This document shows, piece by piece, positions 57,055 through 64,000 of a stretch of DNA of 64,000 nucleotides. The DNA is from Filifactoraceae bacterium (lineage in GTDB: Bacteria; Bacillota; Clostridia; Peptostreptococcales; Filifactoraceae), in assembly GCA_041853585.1 (NCBI GenBank), contig JBGZSM010000069.1, positions 867 through 64,866 on the forward strand. Reading direction: 5' to 3'. Within the stretch, counting starts at the first letter, position 1, and every line of letters starts with the position of its first letter. The position numbers and the translations under genes are program-made. Below the pieces are notes generated by a model, which was not told the DNA's origin, searched no databases, and saw only the letters and a program-made list of their open reading frames with translations.

Positions 57055-57818
57055 TATTTTATTGTCAGTAGTTTTACTTTCCAATCTTTTATCCTCTCCT
57101 CCTTTAAGTTCGTATAATTTGCAATTTGTCTTTGCATTTCCAACGAATCTTCATTAAGAATATTCACCGCTTTGTTGTAGGCTTTAACAAAGTTTTTGTA
57201 TTCCTTTGTTCCGATATAGTTTTTATCCGCAACCAATACAAAAGTGTCATTAAGCATCGGATAGTCGGTCTCTCCACTCAAGCTTCCACTCTTGGCAACA
57301 TCTAAAAAAACAGCATCCACTTGACCGCTTTCATAAGCATAGCCCAATGCATTACGACCGGTTTGATGAATTTCTATTGTTTTTTCAAATTTCGCCCTTA
57401 AATATTCTTCATGGAACATTTTATTTTCTTGAATTGCAATGCTCTTTATTTTGTCATTCCTTTTTATAATGACATCCGTATTTTGAAATAGCGGACATAC
57501 AACTACAAGGTCTGAATTCGATTGTGTAAGATTACTTGCCGCATCTTTACATAATATCGCCATGGAATAAATATCTGTGCTCAATGCCCATTGAGCCGTT
57601 TTTGCTCAACAGTCCCGAATGAAGAACGGTTTTACTTTCCCCTCCGTGTAAATTTCGTTGTGAATCATATAATCCACCACAAAACCGGACATATCATCCG
57701 AGACCCCTATTGCTACTTGATTTTCAGTATTGTTTTTTTGATTCAAATTTTGATGGTAAACAAAGAAACTCATGCCTATCAACACAAAAATCAAAAATAC
57801 ACTACGATTCAATTTCAT
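57054..57818 (-). CDS. Membrane-anchored periplasmic-binding-like protein, candidate selenoprotein (in-frame UGA at 57606-57608, C-U motif)
   Basis: Track ORFs 57606-57842 and 57054-57584 are in the same frame: ...KVKPFFIRDC-TGA-AKTAQWALSTDIYSMAILCKDAASNL... The signal anchor is present only in the upstream piece. TAATG overlap with the permease start. Confidence 0.65.
57579..57596 (-). promoter_or_regulatory. SECIS-like hairpin for the binding-protein UGA
   Basis: Minus strand: gctcaat-GGGC-attgagc (perfect 7-bp stem), starting 9 nt after the TGA. Confidence 0.6.
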
Positions 57819-58914
57819 TTGCCTTTTTTTCAAATTCCTCAAAAGTCATTCCTACCGGAAAATCCTTTTCAATTTTCTCTTGAATGTATTTGTCAAAATC
57901 ATCCAGTCCCGCGTCGTTATAGATATCTCTTTCTATAACATCCTCAACCGGCGGTAAAGTCTTCACCAAATTGTATTTTTTATACACCTCATAAGCATGA
58001 TTAAACTGCTTTTCATTTAACTGCCAAGTAAGCGTTCTTCCTTCTTCATTGCATTTTTTATAAATGGTCATCAATGATACTTCGTACGGCACATTATAGT
58101 ATTGTGAAAAAATCTCTGCCGCTTTTTTGGGATGTTCATAGATATATTTAATACTGTCCTGATGCGCCTTCAAAAGTTCGACAGCAAGTTCTCTATGCTC
58201 TTTAATGAAGTTTTTGTTCAATGCAAATCCGCAACAAATCCCCATTTCATCATCCATGTCACGATAAGTTGCCATTATTTTCCCAACCTTTTGATGCTCC
58301 GCCATCGAGCCCCAAGGGTCACAACAGGTATATCCTTTTATCTGGCCGGTACTCAAAGCCAAAAAACTGTCCGAATCCGAGCCGGTATTAACCAATTCAT
58401 AGTCTTCTGCTTTTGTTGAGAGATTAAGAATCTGAGAATATCCCGCAAGCCAATCCTCACTTGTTGAGGGGGCGCCCATCGCAACTTTTTGACCATATAA
58501 ATCTTCCGGTTTTTTAATATCATTGGACACAACCAGATACATTGAGCCGCCGATATGATTGTTTGCCGCATAAACAATCGGAGAACCTTCTCCGTTTGCC
58601 GCAACCAATCCTCGCGCGCCGATATATCCGGCATCCATTTGTCCTGCAGCCATCGCCTGTGGAACTTTGCCGTTTCCGGTCAACTTTACTTTGAGATTAT
58701 GGGCTTTATATATTCCCGCCGCTTCTCCAACCGGTCCTGCAACCATGTGGTCACAATTGTAGTAGCCCAAATTAATCTCATAATCACTGTTCACATCCGT
58801 CTGTTCCGGCGGTGTGCTGCTATTGGAATCTCCGCCTTGATTGCTTTTGCTGCATCCAAAAAATCCCGTTACCAAAATCATGCTCAATAATATAGTTGCT
58901 ATTTTTCTTTTCAT
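57802..58914 (-). CDS. Cys-rich ABC substrate-binding lipoprotein (NMT1/SsuA-like)
   Basis: Lipobox VTGFFGC. NMT1-like fold pattern with unusual Cys clusters: YYNCDHM, GYTCCDPWG, MGICCGFAL. Confidence 0.7.
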   Translation of the reverse strand: MKRKIATILLSMILVTGFFGCSKSNQGGDSNSSTPPEQTDVNSDYEINLGYYNCDHMVAGPVGEAAGIYKAHNLKVKLTGNGKVPQAMAAGQMDAGYIGARGLVAANGEGSPIVYAANNHIGGSMYLVVSNDIKKPEDLYGQKVAMGAPSTSEDWLAGYSQILNLSTKAEDYELVNTGSDSDSFLALSTGQIKGYTCCDPWGSMAEHQKVGKIMATYRDMDDEMGICCGFALNKNFIKEHRELAVELLKAHQDSIKYIYEHPKKAAEIFSQYYNVPYEVSLMTIYKKCNEEGRTLTWQLNEKQFNHAYEVYKKYNLVKTLPPVEDVIERDIYNDAGLDDFDKYIQEKIEKDFPVGMTFEEFEKKANEIES

Positions 58915-58922
58915 ATTGCCTC

Positions 58923-59396
58923 CTAACAACAATTGTCCATATCCTCACTAAACAAATCTCGAACTGTCATATCCGCTTGCATGCGATAAATGGCATATCC
59001 GTAATTTCCATCTTTCGAGCCTGATATTATAAATTCGATAGGCTCTTTTTCATCAATGTTTTTAAACTGAATATCTACATTCTCTCTTGGGGCTAAAAAC
59101 TTTTCCGTCGCTTGATATTGTGTATTATCTTTATTGAGCAGTACTACCGCATAATTTTTTTCTTCTTCTTGAGGATGGTATATGACCAACAAATCTTTTT
59201 TCCCGTCATCATTCACATCTTCACTTTTTGCCATCAGCAAATCATAATTTTTATTTGTTTCTAAAAAATGAATGAGGTAAGGATGGTCTTTTTCTCCAAA
59301 ATCATTATTTTCCTGAATGGATTTGTTTCGACTATAAAGCTGAAAGCCTACCACAAAAATGACGAAAACTGCAATAATTTTTTTCAGTTCTTTCAT
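58923..59396 (-). CDS. Membrane-anchored protein with an FG-GAP-like DxDxDG motif and a C-terminal Cys-Cys
   Basis: N-terminal transmembrane segment, DVNDDGKKDLLV, and a C-terminus ending ...DMDNCC-TAG. ATGA overlap with the upstream permease gene. Confidence 0.5.
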   Translation of the reverse strand: MKELKKIIAVFVIFVVGFQLYSRNKSIQENNDFGEKDHPYLIHFLETNKNYDLLMAKSEDVNDDGKKDLLVIYHPQEEEKNYAVVLLNKDNTQYQATEKFLAPRENVDIQFKNIDEKEPIEFIISGSKDGNYGYAIYRMQADMTVRDLFSEDMDNCC

Positions 59397-60478
59397 TGCA
59401 ATCTCCTTTTCTCTATATAACTCATGATTCTATGATACATTGCCAGCGCAAAGAATATCAGAATAACGGATGAAGCTGCATAACGAAATCCCGTCGGGAA
59501 AATAACTATCAACCGATTGGCACTTTGAATTGAATAGTCGATTGTATCAATACTTATCTGCGGTTTATAACTCGGCATCAAAATTAAATTCGTAATATAG
59601 CCTAGAACAACAGCCATCGCCGTAACAACTCCACCGTAAATGATTGCCGATCGCTTCCCTATCATTCGATAAATACTGATTAGTTCCGCGATATTGGTAG
59701 ATGCGCCCGCAATCAAAAAAGTTACTGCAGAACCCGGTGACGCTCCCGCTGCAATCAGGGCAGCAATAAACGGAATATGACCGACCGCACAAACATACAT
59801 TACCGTTGCCAATATCGCTACATTTAATAATGACAATGCACTTGGATTTCCTAAATATTTCTGAATTACGGATGATGGAAAAGTTACCATAATGAATCCG
59901 GCTACAAACATCCCTGTAACAACATATTTACTTATTACTAAAGCAAAATCGTTCACCATCCAAACAAATCCCGATTTTATTTTTTCAGGTATGCTTCTAG
60001 TATCCATCCGCTCACTCATCTCGATATTTTGAGAATAAGCCTGTGGATAATACAATTCTTTTCCGGCGGTGCTGTTTGCAATCCATCCAATCATCATCGG
60101 AAAAATTAAACCAATTACAAAATATATTGCGGTCAGTTCTTTCCCAAATAATCCGTACGACAAAATCAGCGCAATCGGATTGATAACCGGCGTGGATGTC
60201 ATAAAACAAAGTACCGGACCGATATAAGCGCCGGAATAATACATACTGATTCCCAACGGAACGGTTCCGCAACTGCAAATAGGCAAGACAAATCCCGACA
60301 GTGTAACTTTCATCAAAGCTGAAAAACTCTTATTCCCCAAATGATGATGCAGCTTTTCGACAGGAATTAAATCATGCAGAATCGCTGCGATGAGGTAGCT
60401 GATTACAATCCAAGAAGACGCGGTGTTCAATAAATTAAAAGAAACGCGAAGAATATTCCAAAGATACTCTCTCATCAT
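59393..60478 (-). CDS. ArsP-like / DUF318-type permease
   Basis: Polytopic protein with two homologous halves and an LPICSCGTVPLG motif in the first half, typical of this permease family. ATGA overlap with the thioredoxin-like gene. Confidence 0.65.
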   Translation of the reverse strand: MMREYLWNILRVSFNLLNTASSWIVISYLIAAILHDLIPVEKLHHHLGNKSFSALMKVTLSGFVLPICSCGTVPLGISMYYSGAYIGPVLCFMTSTPVINPIALILSYGLFGKELTAIYFVIGLIFPMMIGWIANSTAGKELYYPQAYSQNIEMSERMDTRSIPEKIKSGFVWMVNDFALVISKYVVTGMFVAGFIMVTFPSSVIQKYLGNPSALSLLNVAILATVMYVCAVGHIPFIAALIAAGASPGSAVTFLIAGASTNIAELISIYRMIGKRSAIIYGGVVTAMAVVLGYITNLILMPSYKPQISIDTIDYSIQSANRLIVIFPTGFRYAASSVILIFFALAMYHRIMSYIEKRRLQ

Positions 60479-60750
60479 CCATCTCCTCCTTCATTCAATT
60501 TTGAAACGGCGTCATCAATAGCTCGGTCAATCATCATTTTGTTGGGATTTTTAATAAATATTTTTTCATCAATTATCAAAGTTCCAACATAAATCATGCC
60601 ATACTTTTTTATGTATTCCATATCCCTTCCTGCATAATACAATTTTAAATCAATTTTTTCTTTGTATCTGGCTGCTGAAGATTGAACCAATCTTCCAATC
60701 GAATCACAGGATGGTCATGTATTCACAAATTCCACTTTTACTTTTTTCAT
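60475..60750 (-). CDS. Small thioredoxin-fold protein (redox-active disulfide protein 2 / Thioredoxin_3 type), candidate selenoprotein with UxxC (UGA at 60715-60717)
   Basis: RBS aagagga precedes the ATG at 60750. Translation: MKKVKVEFVNT-TGA-PSCDSIGRLVQ...KYGMIYVGTLIIDEKIF. The track ORF 60475-60690 is the same frame downstream. The UPSC sits exactly where this family carries CxxC. Confidence 0.7.
60677..60695 (-). promoter_or_regulatory. SECIS-like hairpin for the thioredoxin-like UGA
   Basis: Minus strand: gaagatt-GGTTC-aatcttc (perfect stem), starting 19 nt after the TGA. The loop is identical to that of the MerB-like hairpin. Confidence 0.6.
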
Positions 60751-60975
60751 ATCATCCTCTTAACCTTTAACACTTAATTTTTCCTAATTACAATCTACCA
60801 CAAGAAAATTCAAATTGCTATGTCTATCACAAAATCATCAATCGAAAATTTTTATAAAAAACATAAACTTCATCTATCAATTCGCGTAAAAATTATACAA
60901 AGTTTGCGTCAATCATCTGTACTTTATGACGCTTTTGCGATACAATAGTTTTAATAAAACAATATGGAGGTAATT

Positions 60976-62451
60976 ATGAAGATACAACTACTTGACAATC
61001 TTGAAATCATGCGTGATTACGATTCTTATGTCATTCCATTTAATGCTGATGTGCAATTGGGTGACTTTTTTGATGAAGACTTTAGAGAAATGCTTCAACC
61101 ATATATTGATGCAAAATTGTTTGAAGGAAAAAAAGAGCAGATTTATTCATTCACCAGCTTTTACAAAAATTCGTCCAAACATGTTCACATCGTATTGGTC
61201 GGACTTGGCGCTCATGAAAAATTGAACAATGAAATCGTGATGAATTCTTTTGGAAAAGCGGTAAAGGAGATTCAAAAACTCAAATCCAAAACGCCTATTT
61301 TCATGTTCCAAAATGCGAAAAAAGAACTCAATCATGTCGATAATTTCCTAAAAGCCGTGAAAGCGATGCTTTTGGCGGAATACGGTTTTGAAAAATATCA
61401 AACGAAGGAAGATAAATTGCATGAGCTAGGCGATGTGGCAATTTATACGGAATTTGCGGATGCTCATAAATGCTTGAAGAGAGCGGAAATGCTTGCAGAA
61501 AACATCATCTTGGCGCGTAACTTGGTCAACGAGCCGGCGAATGTTATCAAGCCTGCCAATTTGGCAACTTTGGCGACGGAGGCTCTTGCAGGACTTCCGG
61601 TCGATGTGAAAATTCGCAACAAGTCGGAGATTGAAAAACTCGGCATGAAGGCTTATCTTGCCGTTGCGCAAGGCTCGGATGCGGAGCCGAGATTGATTGT
61701 CATGAACTATCAGGGCAATCCGGGCAGCGACAAAAAATTGGCGCTCGTCGGAAAAGGACTCACTTTCGACAGCGGCGGATATTCCATCAAACCGACGGAC
61801 GGAATGATGAATATGAAAACCGACATGGCGGGCTCGGCTGCAGTTATCGGAGCAATTCGTGCGATTGCACAATCCAAACTCAAAGTCAATGTCGTTGCCA
61901 TCGTCGCTGCAGCGGAAAATATGATTTCCGGTCATTCTTATTTGCCGGGCGACATCATCGGCTCCATGGCGGGCAAAACGATTGAAATCGTCAACACGGA
62001 TGCAGAAGGAAGATTGACTCTCATCGACGCGGTGACTTATGCGATTGAAGAAGAAAAAGCAACAAAAATTGTGGATATTGCAACTTTGACAGGCGCTGTG
62101 CTGGTAGCACTCGGAACGGATTATGCCGGAATTGTGACCAATGATGAAGAATTCTACCAAGTATTCGAAAAAGCGGCAAAGGTTTCGTTTGAAAAAATCT
62201 GGCGTCTTCCACTCGATGATGCGGGCAAAGAGCTCAACAAGTCGAAGATCGCGGATTTGAAAAACTCCGGCGGTCGTTTCGGCGGCTCGCAGGTTGCCGG
62301 TGCTTTTATCGGCGAATTCGTACAGGATATTCCTTGGATTCATGTCGATATCGCAGGCACTTCGGATGTGAGCGAGGACAAACCTTATTGCCGTCGCGGT
62401 GCAACGGGATATGGTGTCGAACTTCTGTTCACCTTAGCGTCCATGCTGTAA
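60976..62451 (+). CDS. pepA: Leucyl aminopeptidase (M17)
   Basis: VGKGLTFDSGGYSIKP, MKTDMAGSAAV and NTDAEGRL motifs. The start at 60976 follows the RBS ggagg. Confidence 0.85.
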   Translation: MKIQLLDNLEIMRDYDSYVIPFNADVQLGDFFDEDFREMLQPYIDAKLFEGKKEQIYSFTSFYKNSSKHVHIVLVGLGAHEKLNNEIVMNSFGKAVKEIQKLKSKTPIFMFQNAKKELNHVDNFLKAVKAMLLAEYGFEKYQTKEDKLHELGDVAIYTEFADAHKCLKRAEMLAENIILARNLVNEPANVIKPANLATLATEALAGLPVDVKIRNKSEIEKLGMKAYLAVAQGSDAEPRLIVMNYQGNPGSDKKLALVGKGLTFDSGGYSIKPTDGMMNMKTDMAGSAAVIGAIRAIAQSKLKVNVVAIVAAAENMISGHSYLPGDIIGSMAGKTIEIVNTDAEGRLTLIDAVTYAIEEEKATKIVDIATLTGAVLVALGTDYAGIVTNDEEFYQVFEKAAKVSFEKIWRLPLDDAGKELNKSKIADLKNSGGRFGGSQVAGAFIGEFVQDIPWIHVDIAGTSDVSEDKPYCRRGATGYGVELLFTLASML

Positions 62452-62462
62452 TTTAAAAAACA

Positions 62463-62510
62463 AAACCGACCTTTCAGACTGTTATCGTCAAGGTCGGTTT
62501 TTTTGTTTTT
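62463..62510 (+). terminator. Rho-independent terminator after pepA
   Basis: aaccgacctt-loop-aaggtcggtt followed by a T-run. Confidence 0.7.
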
Positions 62511-62677
62511 GTTTTTTTTTCGGTTTTTGTTTCAAAATGACGAATCAAAATTTAAAATCTCGATTTTTATTCACTTTTTACTTTCAGAATATATTTTTCT
62601 TCAATCCGCTTCTGATTTCCTGCATTTTTCCGTAAAGAATCGGCTCGGATTTCATCATCTTTAAATTTATTATTCGA

Positions 62678-63109
62678 TTACGCATCAAATTTTTCTCGAT
62701 ATATGTTGAGATGTAATTCAACCGGTGACAGCATTTTTTCGATTGCCGATGCTTCCTCCTCGCTCAAATCGGAAAAACATAACTCACTGCCGTAATGCGT
62801 ACACCATATTTTGCCGACCGAGATGGTAAAAAACTTTCCCCACTCTTTATCCCTTTTATTATTGTCAAAAACCTCTTTTATCATTTCTTCTGTCACAATC
62901 CCCTCAATAACCGTTTCCGTATCGCTTTGCTCAATCATCTTCCCGTAACGCAAGGCGACTTCGACCATTTCTTTATCTTCTTTCCAATGACGGATTTGAA
63001 AAGGCAAACCGACAAGAAGATAAGTTCTTAAAATCTCCCGAAGAAGTAAACGCGTTTGTTCGTCATCCTCGATACAATAAACATGAATGAATACCGGTTT
63101 TTTCTCCAT
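62678..63109 (-). CDS. Hypothetical protein
   Basis: 143 aa clean ORF with no recognisable motif. Confidence 0.4.
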   Translation of the reverse strand: MEKKPVFIHVYCIEDDEQTRLLLREILRTYLLVGLPFQIRHWKEDKEMVEVALRYGKMIEQSDTETVIEGIVTEEMIKEVFDNNKRDKEWGKFFTISVGKIWCTHYGSELCFSDLSEEEASAIEKMLSPVELHLNIYREKFDA

Positions 63110-63266
63110 AAGTCTCCTTTCGCTGCGGCGCTTCTGTCTCTAAGAAACTCCAATTTATAATTTCATCTTTATTGTATCATATTCTTTACGCGAAATATGT
63201 TCTTTCAAAATGATTATTTGCACAAAAAAAGTTGTCTTCGATTCGAAAACAACTTTTGAATTCTTA

Positions 63267-63656
63267 TCAATTTTTTGCGAGCAGCTGCTCGATTTGCTCT
63301 CTGCTTTCGTAAACCTCCGGCTCTGCAAAACGACTCATATAGTAGCTCATCTGCTCCGGTGTGAGCGAGCTTGCACACATTCCGTTGTAATCAAAACCGA
63401 AAATAACAAATGTCCCGAAAATCATATCCTTGTGTCCGTCTCCGTAGTCCAAAAATCGATTCCCTTTGAATCGACTTGCTTTGGAATTTGCATTATGGTA
63501 AAACAATCCGCCGATTTGCTTGGACTCCGGAAATGCGCTGGACTCATACTGTCCACCAACCAATTCCTTCCAAGTTTCCGGTTTGTTCTCCACGCTTTTT
63601 TCGTACGGTGGCTTGCCGGGCTCCACCACCAAAACACGAATTAATCCCTTTTTCAT
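63267..63656 (-). CDS. DUF3846-like protein
   Basis: MKKGLIRVLVVEPGKPPYEKSVENKPETWKELVGG resembles the DUF3846 N-terminus, a domain common on mobile elements. Confidence 0.4.
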   Translation of the reverse strand: MKKGLIRVLVVEPGKPPYEKSVENKPETWKELVGGQYESSAFPESKQIGGLFYHNANSKASRFKGNRFLDYGDGHKDMIFGTFVIFGFDYNGMCASSLTPEQMSYYMSRFAEPEVYESREQIEQLLAKN

Positions 63657-63878
63657 AATCACCAACCCTATCTTTGTTTCAAATTCCGTTTTGAGTTTCA
63701 AAACTTCATTATATATATCGGCCAGTCGGGATTTTTTATAATATCTACAGTAAAAATTTCAGCAAGTTTTTACCCGCTAAAAAATAAATTGAAAGTAAAA
63801 ATCCAAAATCAAAAAAGTGGAAGTCGCTTTTCAAATCGAAAACGAAATCCACTTTCAAGGCTAGTATTGAATTTACTT

Positions 63879-64000
63879 TTAGGAATTGATTTCTTCCGCA
63901 AAATGACAAGCGACGAAATGCTTGCTCATGATTTCGCGAAACTGCGGTCTTTCAAGCTTGCATTGTTCTTTCGCATAGAGGCATCGCGGTGCAAATCGAC
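63879..64000 (-). CDS. Oligopeptide/dipeptide ABC ATP-binding protein, C-terminal end (gene runs off the window end)
   Basis: Reverse translation gives ...APRCLYAKEQCKLERPQFREIMSKHFVACHFAEEINS-stop, the OppD/F C-terminal Cys-rich tail. Confidence 0.55.
   Translation of the reverse strand, partial: RFAPRCLYAKEQCKLERPQFREIMSKHFVACHFAEEINS

Noticed and set aside
54912-60750. The in-frame TGAs might indicate a genome-wide reassignment of TGA (genetic code 4 or 25).
   Set aside because: Many genes in the window terminate at TGA in positions fixed by ATGA/TGATG overlaps with the next start codon (for example 4080, 6078, 10797, 56287, 59393, 60475). Those proteins end at family-typical C-termini. 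TGA is therefore a normal stop in this genome, and the four cases need a local explanation.
61426-62343. 305-aa minus-strand ORF.
   Set aside because: It is entirely antisense to the well-supported M17 aminopeptidase gene, and its translation has no recognisable features.
1-64000. CRISPR arrays, rRNA/tRNA genes, and intact IS elements or prophage.
   Set aside because: There is no regular repeat-spacer architecture, no rRNA or tRNA-like structures, and no transposase, integrase or phage structural genes in any frame. Only a DUF3846-like gene near the window end hints at mobile DNA.

Overview
This is an AT-rich, low-GC Gram-positive (Clostridia/Tissierellia-like) chromosomal segment. GGAGG ribosome-binding sites (RBS) and a T-box leader support that placement, and nearly all genes are on the minus strand. 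No rRNA, tRNA, CRISPR array or intact mobile element was recognised.

Content in window order:
- AlaX-like tRNA editing gene (partial).
- A decayed sigma54 activator fused in frame to a dihydropyrimidinase tail.
- An 8-gene, translationally coupled operon: four cobalamin-type radical SAM (rSAM) paralogs, a SAM methyltransferase, a membrane metallophosphoesterase and two GNAT/FemAB-like acyltransferases. It is an orphan pathway.
- The conserved DUF4130 plus HhH radical-SAM 'DNA modification/repair' gene pair.
- A class III PHA locus (phaJ-phaE-phaC plus a hotdog thioesterase).
- Envelope genes (TraX, LCP, DUF2207).
- An acyl-AMP ligase plus long-GNAT pair.
- A complete D-allose operon (LacI regulator-alsBACEK-rpiB) with shared operator sites.
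- tcdA.
- A methionine/threonine block (asd, Met T-box, metY, metA) flanked by the two halves of a split, order-permuted aspartokinase-homoserine dehydrogenase gene.
- YARHG protein, sigma factor, M13 peptidase, GT4, rlmH, pepA.

The most interesting locus is an 8-gene coupled operon at 54912-60750 (minus strand). The six-frame ORF track breaks it at four in-frame TGA codons. Each TGA is followed 9-19 nt later by a short perfect or near-perfect hairpin with a GG-containing apical loop, resembling a bacterial selenocysteine insertion sequence (SECIS). Three of the four TGAs sit at redox-type positions:
- UxxC in a small thioredoxin-fold protein.
- C-U in a periplasmic-binding-like protein.
- C-U at the C-terminal Cys-Cys active-site pair of a MerB (organomercurial lyase) homolog.

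I interpret this as a candidate selenoprotein-rich organometal(loid) import/lyase system. All family assignments come from reading translations by eye; no searches were run.
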